Source: Planctopirus limnophila DSM 3776
GTDB lineage: Bacteria > Planctomycetota > Planctomycetia > Planctomycetales > Planctomycetaceae
Reading direction: 5' to 3'
Assembly (NCBI RefSeq): GCF_000092105.1
Contig: NC_014148.1
Coordinates: 480,001 to 512,000, forward strand
Length of the DNA: 32,000 nucleotides
In this document: positions 7,705-17,075 of the stretch, in pieces
How positions within the stretch are numbered: the first letter of the stretch is position 1
Layout of the letters: each line of letters opens with the position of its first letter
Position numbers and translations under genes: made by a program
Notes under the pieces: generated by a model
The model's input: the letters and a program-made list of their open reading frames with translations, nothing else
Databases searched by the model: none
What the model was told of the DNA's origin: nothing

Positions 7705-8721
7705 CTATTCGTCCCTGATGACATCACCAGCACTTGCTGTTGTTAGCATTCTCAGTATCTCGGGTGAAATTTGTGATGAGATGAATCGAACGCTGCCGTC
7801 ACCTAAGAGGATATGCGACCCGTGGCTATGGGCTGAAGACATGATCGGATGAGTGGCCTGCTGGTTTGTATTTGAGCTTTTGACAACCAATTCCACCTGA
7901 TTCACATCAAGGTCTTTAGGTTCTGCCCAGCGAATACCCGTGTCGATTGCCTCGACCACAAAAGCCGTATTGCTAAGTCCATCTTCGATATTCTGGATCA
8001 AAAGCATTTTGCCCTGTGGAAAAGCGGTCTCGTCTCCCACGAGGACCACGTAGTCTGTGAGGCCAAAGCCATCCTTGGGATCGGCCCGCCTATAACCAGC
8101 CGCAGGGCATTCATAGACAGGCCTTCGGCGTTTACTGAATGCCCAATTGGGTTCGGCATTCCAGGCGAATTGATCGCTGTATTTCGGATCGATTTGATGA
8201 GCATCCAGGTAAGGCTCTAAAGTCACTCGCCAGCTCACGGCCAGTTCTCCCTGCCCCGAACTGGCCATGGGGAAAACACGAAGTGCGTTATAGTGCCTGT
8301 GGATTGCGAGACCAATCAACTTCAAATGGTTTCGGCATTCTTGACGTACGGCAGCTTCGCGAGCGGGTGTCATCGCGGGGAGGAAAAGAGCTGCAAAGAG
8401 CAGTGAAAGAATGGATGTGGCAATCACCGCACCCACAGGACGTGCCCGTGGCCGTTGCGATTCTGTACGCCAGATCGTTGACATCGCCCCCAGAATTCCC
8501 ATGACCAGACAAAAGAATGCCAGCGCATATGCGAAGAAGTGATTCTCCAGTGGATAAAACGAAAGGAATGGCAGAATGAACAAGGGGATCACGGAAACTG
8601 CCAGCCACCACCAGAGATCACGATAGCGTGCGGGTTCATTCTTCTGACTGCGAAACGGTGCCACCACAATCACGACTGCCAAGCCCAGCAGAATCAGGTG
8701 CATCAATATAGAGATAAGCAT
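7705..8721 (-). CDS. DUF1559 / H-X9-DG domain protein with a polytopic N-terminal extension instead of a normal prepilin leader
   Basis: ECRNHLKLIGLAIHRHYNALRVFP and the C-terminal H-x9-DG (HSHGSHILLGDGSVRFIS) are typical of planctomycete DUF1559 proteins. The N-terminus has 3 predicted TM helices. These are followed by RPVG|AVIATSILSLLFAALFLPA, which is pilin-helix-like but has no Glu at +5. Confidence 0.75.
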   Translation of the reverse strand: MLISILMHLILLGLAVVIVVAPFRSQKNEPARYRDLWWWLAVSVIPLFILPFLSFYPLENHFFAYALAFFCLVMGILGAMSTIWRTESQRPRARPVGAVIATSILSLLFAALFLPAMTPAREAAVRQECRNHLKLIGLAIHRHYNALRVFPMASSGQGELAVSWRVTLEPYLDAHQIDPKYSDQFAWNAEPNWAFSKRRRPVYECPAAGYRRADPKDGFGLTDYVVLVGDETAFPQGKMLLIQNIEDGLSNTAFVVEAIDTGIRWAEPKDLDVNQVELVVKSSNTNQQATHPIMSSAHSHGSHILLGDGSVRFISSQISPEILRMLTTASAGDVIRDE

Positions 8722-8914
8722 GTGATCCCTTTCACCGCAGGATGCGACTCGTCAGCTTCAATCAACAGTACACCTCTGCGACTGGCAAATCATCAGGGGG
8801 GCTGCGAGAATTGCGGGTATCTGTGGAGGCTCTCCATAGAATCCAACAGGGATCGCCAAAGCGTTTCCATTCACTCCGACATCAACATTCACTGGCAGAT
8901 CAAAGATACTTCCT

Positions 8915-9979
8915 ATGGCTGATGAACAGACCTGGCTTTCGACACTTTCACGTTTAAAAGAACCTCACCTCGGGCGAACTCTTGGCGAATTGAAGCTCGT
9001 TCGCGGAGTCTCGCTGGGGAGCGACAAAATTATTGTCTCGCTCGATGTCCCTTTCCCTGGCTTTGTCAAAGCCAACGCCCTCAAGGAACATGTTCGCAGT
9101 GCCACCCAGGAACTGGCCCAGGGCACCCCCGTTGAGTTCGATCTGGAATTGAACATCAAGGGGAAAAACTCGGGGGGATCGATTGGTCTGAGTGTGAAAA
9201 ACGTGATTGCCGTCGGCAGTGGGAAAGGTGGTGTTGGTAAGAGCACCGTTGCTGCCACGTTGGCTTATGGCCTGCAGGAACTGGGTGCCAATGTCGGGTT
9301 GATGGATGCCGACGTGTATGGCCCGAGTGTGCCGCATCTGGTCGGAGTGAATGAGCAACCTGTCGCTCTGGAAAGAACATCGCCTGACGGCAAGAAGATG
9401 ATGCGGATCCAGCCCGTGCTGGCTAGTGGGTTACCTACGATTTCCATGGGCTTTTTTGTCCAGGCCGATCAGGCGGTCATCTGGCGCGGGCCGATGCTGC
9501 ATCAGGCGATTTCCCAGTTTTTGCAGCAGGTCGACTGGGGCCCGCTCGACTATCTGATTATCGACATGCCTCCAGGAACCGGCGACGTCTCATTAACGCT
9601 ATCGCAACTTTTAGGCTTGGCGGGTGCGGTGGTTGTCTGCAGTCCTCAGCAGGTGGCACTTCTGGATGCCGTGAAGGCTGTGAGTATGTTCCGGCAGGTG
9701 AAGATCCCCGTCCTGGGGATGGTAGAGAACATGTCGGGTGAGATTTTTGGGCGCGGCGGTGCTCAGGCCAAAGCTGCTGAACTTGGCATTCCCTTTCTGG
9801 GTGAATTACCCATGGATGCCGGGATTCGAGTCGCTGGGGATGCCGGTGAAATCGCCCGCCTTGTCCGGGAAGAGAATCCTTCGCGGGATGCCCTGCTGAC
9901 CATCTGCGAAAATGTGGCTGAGCAGGTTGCCAAAAGCCTCCTCAGTGCTCCATCGATGCCGACACTGGAAATCCTCTAG
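8915..9979 (+). CDS. apbC: Mrp/ApbC/NBP35-family Fe-S cluster carrier ATPase
   Basis: Deviant Walker A VGSGKGGVGKST, DADVYGPS, IIDMPPGTGD and the ...VENMS... pattern. The N-terminal region is DUF59-like. Confidence 0.9.
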   Translation: MADEQTWLSTLSRLKEPHLGRTLGELKLVRGVSLGSDKIIVSLDVPFPGFVKANALKEHVRSATQELAQGTPVEFDLELNIKGKNSGGSIGLSVKNVIAVGSGKGGVGKSTVAATLAYGLQELGANVGLMDADVYGPSVPHLVGVNEQPVALERTSPDGKKMMRIQPVLASGLPTISMGFFVQADQAVIWRGPMLHQAISQFLQQVDWGPLDYLIIDMPPGTGDVSLTLSQLLGLAGAVVVCSPQQVALLDAVKAVSMFRQVKIPVLGMVENMSGEIFGRGGAQAKAAELGIPFLGELPMDAGIRVAGDAGEIARLVREENPSRDALLTICENVAEQVAKSLLSAPSMPTLEIL

Positions 9980-9985
9980 TTTCGA

Positions 9986-12220
9986 ATGGATGTGTCAGAA
10001 AGGATTTTCTTCGACTCGATCCTCCACCTTCAGATTTATGAGAGTATGCCACCACGTTCTGCCGCCAAAGCTGTTGCCGAACGATCAACTTCTGAAAGTG
10101 GGAAGGGGGCACCATCATTCCTGATTCCTGAGTGGCTCTGGGCTCTGGGTGCAGCGATCCTGGCCTCGTGGCTGGCGTGGGCTTCGTTCTACGAAGGTTC
10201 CACGCTCATTGGTGGCGATCTTTACACGTATCTGCTTCCACAGAAGGCTTTTTTCCAGCAGGAACTGGCGGTTGGCCGCTGGCCACTCTGGAACAATCTC
10301 ACAGGTCATGGCTACCCGGTGATTGCCGAGAGCCAGACGGCAGTCTTTTATCCGGCACGTCTCTTATCGCTGAGCCTTTTTGCGGCAGACCACGCCTATA
10401 CCGCTGAACAACTCGCGCATTATGTGGCCGCCTTTTTTTGTATGTGGCTTTATTTAAGGCAAATAGGTCTTTCCATACCGGGCACGATTTTTGGTTGTGT
10501 GGTCTATGTCTACGGTTGGTTTCCCACGCGGATCATACTCGAATGGGCCATTATTGGCGGTCTCTATCTGCCGTTAGGCTTGTGGCTGATCGAACGATTT
10601 CTTCAGCGAAAAAGCTGGAAGTATGCGATCGCTTTGGCCGGTGTGCTGGGGCTGCATCTGCTGGCAGGGCATTACAACCTGGCCTTTATCGAAGTGCTGG
10701 TGTGGCTGGCCTACATTCCCGTTCGTCTGTGGCTGTTGCCCACGATGGAAGATTCGCCACAAACATCAGAAATCTCGGCAAGAGCACGTCTGCCGCTAGC
10801 ACTTGCACTCGTGACAGCCATTGGATTCGGGTTTGGTTTGGGTGCTGTTCAACTCTTGCCGACCTGGGAATTGAAGGGACAATCCCAGCGCGCCGAGAAA
10901 GGGCAGGACTTTCAGCCGGGATATGGCCACATTCCCCCACAGTTTCTTGGCCAGTTATTTGCGCCCACCTGGTGGAATCCGGCAAATCACAATATTGACG
11001 AAGAACTTTCGCAGATGTGGTCACCCACCGGAGCCGGAACAAACCGCGTTGAAGCCCATTTATATGTGGGGCTGGCTGTCTGGATGGGGCTCGTAGGGGT
11101 AGGTTGGCTGGCCTATCGAAGTGCCGGGAACTTGATCGTCTTTCGCTGGATAGGCGTCTTTTTGCTCGGCAGCTTCGTGGCGATGATATTTGCGACGGGG
11201 TTGCCACTGTTCGTCACTGCGTCACTCCCGGGATTCTCGTATTTCACGGGGCCAGGTCGGTTCGGAATAGTGGCCACGTTCTGCCTGGCGGTCGCCGGGG
11301 GATTGGCGTGGGATCAGTTACTGAATCACATCAGTGCGAGATATCGCTGGATTTTGTGGTGTCTTGTGATTGGGTTCACCTGGTTCGATCTGCAGATTGT
11401 GAGCATGCAGGCCACTTATGGGGTGATTATCGAAAAGTCTCCGTACTCGATGATTGCGAAAAGCGAAGTTCGCCGCATCCTTCTCGCCGATCCCAGGCAA
11501 CCCGTGCGGGTTTACGCTCCTGGAGCCAACCTGCCAAACCTGCTGGGCGTTTCGACAACACCGGTTTTTCTTGGGATTGGACCGGCGGCTTACTTTTCAC
11601 CTGAAGCCAGATTCCCAACAGAAGCACCACTCTCTCAACAGATCGAGTTTCTCTCGAAACAAGGCGTCACGCACTGGTTGACGATGGATCCTTTAAGTTT
11701 GCCAGCTGCTGGAAGCAAAGATCCTTCGACAGGCGGATCGACAAACGAGGAGTCGTTACGACTGGTCTGGAGTGGCTTTGATGAATTCCTCAATCGGGCC
11801 TGGGGCCGCTTTGATGAACCGCTTTATCTTTACAGTTTGCCTGCGGCACCCGGTCGTTGTTATCTGGAAGGGATCGGTTCCCAACCTGCTCGAAAAGTGA
11901 CTATGGTGGAGCATGGTCCCCAGAGGATTGAAGTTCAGGTCGAGGCCGGCTCCCGACAAACGCTGGTACTGACGGAACTCGCTGACCGTGACTGGAAGCT
12001 GACCATCAATGGCCAGCCCACATCCTGGGAAGCCGCTGGGCTTTCCCGAAAGGTTGAAGTGCCAGAAGGTGAGACGATTCTCGTCTGGAGTTACCAGCCG
12101 TGGTCACTCTGGTGGGGTTTGGGAATCAGCCTGTTCGTCGTACTGATACTCGCGACTATCGGCCATATCCGTTTCTGGCATCCTCAATGGACACACTGGT
12201 GGTTGCCGCAAGCACCGTAA
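9986..12220 (+). CDS. YfhO-like polytopic membrane protein (putative glycosyltransferase-type)
   Basis: There are at least 10 hydrophobic helices. The N-terminal motif GGDLYTYLLPQKAFFQQELAVGRWPLWNNLTGHGYPVIAESQTAVFYP resembles the YfhO family signature. The C-terminal domain is soluble and is followed by a final TM helix. An alternative start is ATG 10046. Confidence 0.55.
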   Translation: MDVSERIFFDSILHLQIYESMPPRSAAKAVAERSTSESGKGAPSFLIPEWLWALGAAILASWLAWASFYEGSTLIGGDLYTYLLPQKAFFQQELAVGRWPLWNNLTGHGYPVIAESQTAVFYPARLLSLSLFAADHAYTAEQLAHYVAAFFCMWLYLRQIGLSIPGTIFGCVVYVYGWFPTRIILEWAIIGGLYLPLGLWLIERFLQRKSWKYAIALAGVLGLHLLAGHYNLAFIEVLVWLAYIPVRLWLLPTMEDSPQTSEISARARLPLALALVTAIGFGFGLGAVQLLPTWELKGQSQRAEKGQDFQPGYGHIPPQFLGQLFAPTWWNPANHNIDEELSQMWSPTGAGTNRVEAHLYVGLAVWMGLVGVGWLAYRSAGNLIVFRWIGVFLLGSFVAMIFATGLPLFVTASLPGFSYFTGPGRFGIVATFCLAVAGGLAWDQLLNHISARYRWILWCLVIGFTWFDLQIVSMQATYGVIIEKSPYSMIAKSEVRRILLADPRQPVRVYAPGANLPNLLGVSTTPVFLGIGPAAYFSPEARFPTEAPLSQQIEFLSKQGVTHWLTMDPLSLPAAGSKDPSTGGSTNEESLRLVWSGFDEFLNRAWGRFDEPLYLYSLPAAPGRCYLEGIGSQPARKVTMVEHGPQRIEVQVEAGSRQTLVLTELADRDWKLTINGQPTSWEAAGLSRKVEVPEGETILVWSYQPWSLWWGLGISLFVVLILATIGHIRFWHPQWTHWWLPQAP

Positions 12221-12344
12221 AGCGGTCTGCCTGCTGTGCCAGAACTTCTGGTCGAACTTCTCCAGAGCTTGCAGGAGCGTTTTTCCAAACCAGACAACTT
12301 GAGAACTCAGCCTCTGTCAAACATCACAAAGCGTTCGTTTGTTT

Positions 12345-13217
12345 TCATACGGTTGGAGGTGATTCCACCGCTTGAGCGAGGCCTGAGCGATAACTTTCAT
12401 AGCGAAATTCGAATTGATCGGGAAATTGAGAACGAACCCGCTTATTGAGCCCGCCGGAGCCTCGTTTCGGAAGAGAGGCTTCATCGAATACTGGTGGTGC
12501 CGATCCAATTCGACGTGCCAGTTCGCTGTAATAGTCAATCCGCCGAACAGGTTCTCGATCAACCCCCACCACAACTTCTGGCCCTCCTTCACAGAGTAAT
12601 CGATAGGCTAAAGCAGCCGCATCGGCCTGATGGATGAGGTTGAGCCATGCCTCTCCTGAACCGGCAATCGGCTGCTGATGTTTCAGTGCCTCCACTTTCG
12701 CCAGCAAACGTCCGGGGCCGTAAATTCCCGCTAGTCGCAAAATGGTAGACTTTCCAGCGGGGCAATGGGTTCTCACAACCTCTTCGGCTGTCGCACAGAT
12801 TTCGCCACCTTCAGTTGTCGGGGAAACAGGCGTTGTTTCATCGACCCAGCGTCCATCATCAAACCCCCAGACACTGGTACTCGAAATGGATACCACAGAC
12901 TCAGCGGCAGGAGCCGTCGCGATCAGTGCATTTCGCAACCCATCGACGTAGACCTCACGCTTGCTGGCGGTGGAATTGCGGTCATAACCAACGGCCCAGA
13001 GGATCCGCTTGGCAGCAGGAAGTACTTCGAGTGATTGGGCAGTGGTGATTTCCGCGAGAACCGGTTCGATCGACTGGCTTTTCAGAAACGCCGCTTTTTC
13101 CTGGCTGCGTGTCACTGCAGCACAGCTAAGCCCGGCTGAGACAAACTGGCACGCAACCTGCAATCCCACATAGCCACAGCCAAAAATCAACACATCAACC
13201 CTGGGGGAATTCGTCAT
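12345..13217 (-). CDS. NAD(P)-binding SDR / epimerase-dehydratase family protein
   Basis: Rossmann motif VLIFGCGYVGLQVA near the N-terminus. The ORF extends to TTG 13259, and the first ATG is at 13217. Confidence 0.7.
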   Translation of the reverse strand: MTNSPRVDVLIFGCGYVGLQVACQFVSAGLSCAAVTRSQEKAAFLKSQSIEPVLAEITTAQSLEVLPAAKRILWAVGYDRNSTASKREVYVDGLRNALIATAPAAESVVSISSTSVWGFDDGRWVDETTPVSPTTEGGEICATAEEVVRTHCPAGKSTILRLAGIYGPGRLLAKVEALKHQQPIAGSGEAWLNLIHQADAAALAYRLLCEGGPEVVVGVDREPVRRIDYYSELARRIGSAPPVFDEASLPKRGSGGLNKRVRSQFPDQFEFRYESYRSGLAQAVESPPTV

Positions 13218-13280
13218 AACGAGCCTGGCATTCAATTTCGGTTTGTTCAGTGATAGCAAGCATGAACATTACGAATGGAT

Positions 13281-14420
13281 TTATCTGCTGTCGTCAGAGG
13301 CGAGGGCGGGTTTCGGTTTCGCAGCGAAAATTCGTTCGAGATACTGCTTGGTCACATCTTCCGGGATCACACCATCTGTGGGTATGAACTCAAACGTCTG
13401 GTCATCGAGTGGTTCATCGAGAACGACCTGAGAGAACTCCATCGAGAAGATAGGACGCAAAGATTTCTCGGGGCCGGCAGTGCGCTTGAGATAGAGCAGG
13501 CGGAGTGGGAAAAGTGTCTCGGCTGAGTAGGTGATACGAACGACCTCAGGAAAGAAGGGTAGCGTCGATAGAGGTTTGGAAGGAAACCATTTCGCAGGAA
13601 ATTCAGGTTTCCATTCCCCCTGGACATGGAAGACTTTGCCTTGTTCGGTTTCTTCGGGTTTGAGTGCTGTAAAGTTCATACAGCGCTGAATCGAGGCCAT
13701 GATCCCAGGGAGACCACCCAGCCCCAGTTCGGAAAGCATTAATGTTTCGGCGGTGCCACCCGCCGCTCCCGCATTGAGAATCTGCCGCACATCCCGGCGG
13801 GTATAGCGTTTGATGTCATCAATGACCGTGCGATTCCAGAGTGTTTCGCCATCGCAGACTTCGAGTGTTTCCCCCGTGATTCCGGATTTGAGTTTGAGCT
13901 GGGTCGTCAGTCGCAGCTTCAGTCCCTCAGCTTCATACCGACCCGTGGAGATTATTGTCTGCTCCCCAAACTGGACGAGTGTTTTCACATTCGCCTGAAT
14001 CGACTTCCGCCGGGCCAGCGAAACCTGGGCCTCTTGTACCAGTGCCAGCACTCGAACAGATGCCTCAGACGGTGCGAGTGCATTGGGAGCAAGTTCGCTG
14101 GGCGTGGTCGTCTCCAATGCCCCCTTGGAGCTGGATGCGGATTGATCGGCACTCTTTGCAGGCTGGAGAGGTTGAACAGAACCAGTCGCTCCACTCAACA
14201 GGGCGGGAGTTTGGCCTGCGCCGGGGACGGATCCAGGGAGGATTTGCGGCTCGGCTGCTTTTGTAAAAGCGGCCTGTTCGATGGCGTCCTTTTTTGACGT
14301 AACATTCTCTTGGCTATCAACTTGCGCGGCAAAGGCGATCTTCCGAAGCTGAGGTGTTACCGTCCAGATTCCTCCCATGACCACTAAGCCGGCGACGAAC
14401 AGAGCCGCGTACCTGTGCAT
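13281..14420 (-). CDS. Secreted or membrane-anchored hypothetical protein, possibly with a LolA-like fold
   Basis: The track ORF 13281..15242 is over-extended, because its first 270 codons overlap the divergent gene. A plausible start is MHRYAALFVAGLVVMGGIW (ATG 14420), or ATG 14480. An Ala/Ser/Pro-rich linker is followed by a beta-rich domain (...GRYEAEGLKLRLTTQLKL...CDGETLWN...). Confidence 0.55.
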   Translation of the reverse strand: MHRYAALFVAGLVVMGGIWTVTPQLRKIAFAAQVDSQENVTSKKDAIEQAAFTKAAEPQILPGSVPGAGQTPALLSGATGSVQPLQPAKSADQSASSSKGALETTTPSELAPNALAPSEASVRVLALVQEAQVSLARRKSIQANVKTLVQFGEQTIISTGRYEAEGLKLRLTTQLKLKSGITGETLEVCDGETLWNRTVIDDIKRYTRRDVRQILNAGAAGGTAETLMLSELGLGGLPGIMASIQRCMNFTALKPEETEQGKVFHVQGEWKPEFPAKWFPSKPLSTLPFFPEVVRITYSAETLFPLRLLYLKRTAGPEKSLRPIFSMEFSQVVLDEPLDDQTFEFIPTDGVIPEDVTKQYLERIFAAKPKPALASDDSR

Positions 14421-14762
14421 TGAGGCTCTTGTCTGTTTCTGCGTGTTTGTTGGGGTTGGTCGAGTTTGCTGATTATGCATTTCGTTCCCAAATTGACGGA
14501 TTTTCCAAAGCTGCATGCCCTGGAGTTCCGAAAACAGGTGTGTCAAGTGCTTTTGCGCGTGGCCTTCAGAGGCATTCCCGAACAGCAGACATCCCTTCAG
14601 GGATGCCGGTCTGGGGATGGTATGCAATTGAGGCCACGAGGTGAACGGGAAGTTCATCCGGAGGTAAAAGCATGTGCGCGTCATATGTTCGGACACGAGG
14701 TCTGTCCTATTTGGCAGCCCGGCGTCCCCAGGCGGTGCGTTGGATAGCAAAGAGGGGTCGCG

Positions 14763-16019
14763 ATGAAGTTTTACTTCCTGGCATTGGGGACGGTCGTCGT
14801 CGTGTGCGTCGGCTGCGCCATGGACGGACAGCAAGTGATGAACAAGGGCGAGTACCATGCTCCCCCTGCCGCTATGATGATGCGGCCGGGCCCCATGGTC
14901 GATGGCCCGGGACCTGGCGTGATGCCAGCACTTCCGACAGGTATGGGTGGCCCCATGATGGGCGGCCCGATGATGGGTGGTCCTGCTGGCGGGATGATTC
15001 CTCCCGGGATTCCCACCACGACTCAGGTTCGCTTCGTCGGGCCTGACGGCATGCACGTCGGCTGGCAGATTCCCGATGGATATGCTGAGAACCAGCTCGT
15101 GGCTCCTGCTCGATTCAACTTCCAGCAAGCTGCAACGTATCGCCTCAAGCTGACCAATATTCCTGGTCGTGCTGGTTTGAACCTGTACCCAACATTGCAG
15201 GTCTACCCCAGCCACCCGAATACAGTTGGCTACCTGTCTCACAACAGTGTACCACTGCAGATTACCGTTGAAGATCTCGATCAGGTCGAAAGCAACAACT
15301 TTGTCACCAAGGTGATCTACCTGCCCGATGCCAAGTATCAGGAACTGGCGATTGCCAACGTGGAAACGCTCGTTTCGACTCGGCTCGACCCAGGTGTGGA
15401 TCCCGTCCAGGAAGCTGACAAGCGTGGTACGATCATGGCGATCCTTCGCTTAGGCAACATGGATCTCGAAATGCCCGGTGCCCCAGGTGCTCCTGGTGCA
15501 ACAGTCGGCGGTCCAAACGGTGGTCTGAATCAGGTCGCTTACAACGTGGTTGATGGTGACAAAGGTCAGCATGTTCCTCCAATGCCTATGAGCATTATGC
15601 CCGGGTATGGCCCAGGTGTTCCCGATGCAATGATGGTCGCTGGCTATGGTTTGCCCGGACAGCCAGCAGGCAGCCCTTATGTGAGTGGTGTTGGAATGCC
15701 AATGTGGGGTCAACCCATCACAGGGACACCGATCGGACTCGCTGGCCCTCCCCACCTGCCTTATGGTGGTCCAGCCGGTCTCAAGAGCCACACCATTCGT
15801 AACCGTACCAAAATGGATATCCCAGAACCTGTGGATCACATGCTGATCGATGTTGAGCATGCCCCTGGTCTGAGCCTGCCAAAACCGGTTCGCTATGTCG
15901 AATACAAGGAAACTCATCCTGTGTACTCACCCGGCGAACTCAGCAACCCAGCCTGGAATGCCCCCGGCGCTGGAGCCGGTGGAGACGGTGCTTACTGCCC
16001 ACCCGGTATGCAACGATAA
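14763..16019 (+). CDS. Lipoprotein with Met/Gly/Pro-rich tracts; paralog of the next gene
   Basis: Lipobox-like [11 protein letters not shown]|A. Contains the tract [24 protein letters not shown] shared domain of about 150 aa ([35 protein letters not shown]) recurs in 16168..17019. Confidence 0.7.
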   Translation: MKFYFLALGTVVVVCVGCAMDGQQVMNKGEYHAPPAAMMMRPGPMVDGPGPGVMPALPTGMGGPMMGGPMMGGPAGGMIPPGIPTTTQVRFVGPDGMHVGWQIPDGYAENQLVAPARFNFQQAATYRLKLTNIPGRAGLNLYPTLQVYPSHPNTVGYLSHNSVPLQITVEDLDQVESNNFVTKVIYLPDAKYQELAIANVETLVSTRLDPGVDPVQEADKRGTIMAILRLGNMDLEMPGAPGAPGATVGGPNGGLNQVAYNVVDGDKGQHVPPMPMSIMPGYGPGVPDAMMVAGYGLPGQPAGSPYVSGVGMPMWGQPITGTPIGLAGPPHLPYGGPAGLKSHTIRNRTKMDIPEPVDHMLIDVEHAPGLSLPKPVRYVEYKETHPVYSPGELSNPAWNAPGAGAGGDGAYCPPGMQR

Positions 16020-16038
16020 TTGAATGGAGATTCGCCTA

Positions 16039-16072
16039 CCCCGGAGAACTTGCTTATGTCGGTTCTCCGGGG
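16039..16072 (+). other. Intercistronic stem-loop (11-bp perfect stem) 20 nt after the stop of 14763..16019
   Basis: CCCCGGAGAAC-ttgcttatgtcg-GTTCTCCGGGG, followed by ttcaggcgttcc, which is a weak T-tract. Confidence 0.5.
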
Positions 16073-16167
16073 TTCAGGCGTTCCTGATGATGGTAATTCT
16101 GCTCTCGTTTTCTCCCGTCATGCTGTTCAATTCGATGGTTTCCTCTTCTCGAAAAGAGTTTCCTGCC

Positions 16168-17019
16168 ATGCGATGCCTAGCCCCCCAGGCAAACTCGAAA
16201 GTTGTGGCTCTTGGATGGAAAACTATCCTTTGGATGCTCCTGTTGAGCTGTCTACCCATGGTGGCTTCCGCACAGCAGTATCCCTCGACTGACCGCCGCC
16301 ACTTCCCACTCAATCACATGACTTCGCCAGGCACCGCTGCCGCGTGGGCGGTCGCCAATGGCAAAGCTCATCCGGCCTACTTCCAGCCTGTGCGGATTAC
16401 GGTCCCCACAAAGGGCCGAGTTGACTTCTTCGACGGCTCGCCAGCTCGGCCCGTGTCGATGGCAGCGCCGGGGCAGGCGGCGCTCCTGGTTGGCCAGACA
16501 TACCGGGTGCGTTTAACCGCCCTGCCCGAGTTCCCCAATCAGGAATTTTATCCCACGATTGAACTCATCGATCGCCTGCATCCCCCTGAAGGATTGGCTG
16601 ATCGATTCCCTGTAGAAGTCCAGTTCAGCGAGGACGATTTCGAGTTTGCTGCCCAGGGCCGATTGGTGACGAAGGTGGTTTATCTGGAACAGCCCGATCG
16701 AATTCCACTCTCAGTTCTTGATGCAGATCTCCGTGTCACAGAAGTGCCTCCGCAACAGAACGCGCTGGCCGAAGCAGATCTTTTAGGACGACCAGTCGCC
16801 ATTGTCAGGCTGGGTGGACGCACACCCGATAGCCACAATCCGCTGGATCCAACCTTCTTTGGATTCTGCCCGCCAGTGCAACCTTCTCCCGCAACGGCAA
16901 CACCTGAAAACGGTCAACCGGCCAATCCCACTCCGATCCAAAATGAAACGCCACAGGCGCGTACTCGCCCAAGTGGCGTTCGAGCCTCGGCTTCAATTCA
17001 GCAAACGGGTGGTCGCTAA
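16168..17019 (+). CDS. Secreted hypothetical protein, paralog of 14763..16019
   Basis: Signal peptide MRCLAPQANSKVVALGWKTILWMLLLSCLPMVASA|QQ, taken from ATG 16168 (the ORF opens at 16024). Shared motifs are TYRVRLTALPE..FYPTIELI, LVTKVVYLEQPD and AIVRLGG. Confidence 0.65.
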   Translation: MRCLAPQANSKVVALGWKTILWMLLLSCLPMVASAQQYPSTDRRHFPLNHMTSPGTAAAWAVANGKAHPAYFQPVRITVPTKGRVDFFDGSPARPVSMAAPGQAALLVGQTYRVRLTALPEFPNQEFYPTIELIDRLHPPEGLADRFPVEVQFSEDDFEFAAQGRLVTKVVYLEQPDRIPLSVLDADLRVTEVPPQQNALAEADLLGRPVAIVRLGGRTPDSHNPLDPTFFGFCPPVQPSPATATPENGQPANPTPIQNETPQARTRPSGVRASASIQQTGGR

Positions 17020-17075
17020 TCCCAGAGCTGCTTTCGGTCTCATCCTCAGTTCGAGTTTTTACCCATTCTGGGTTC

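Noticed and set aside
15207-15218. 12-nt match CCCCAGCCACCC to the repeat arm inside the lipoprotein CDS
   Set aside because: It is in frame, coding YPSHP, with no further similarity on either side. Given the number of 12-mers in the repeat, a single such hit is plausibly chance.
14421-15242. N-terminal 270 codons of the 653-aa minus-strand ORF 13281..15242
   Set aside because: This part overlaps the divergent lipoprotein gene antisense, within the Met/Gly/Pro-rich tract. It translates to low-complexity Arg/His/Ala/Pro text. A good signal-anchor start exists at 14420 or 14480, so this is treated as an over-extension.
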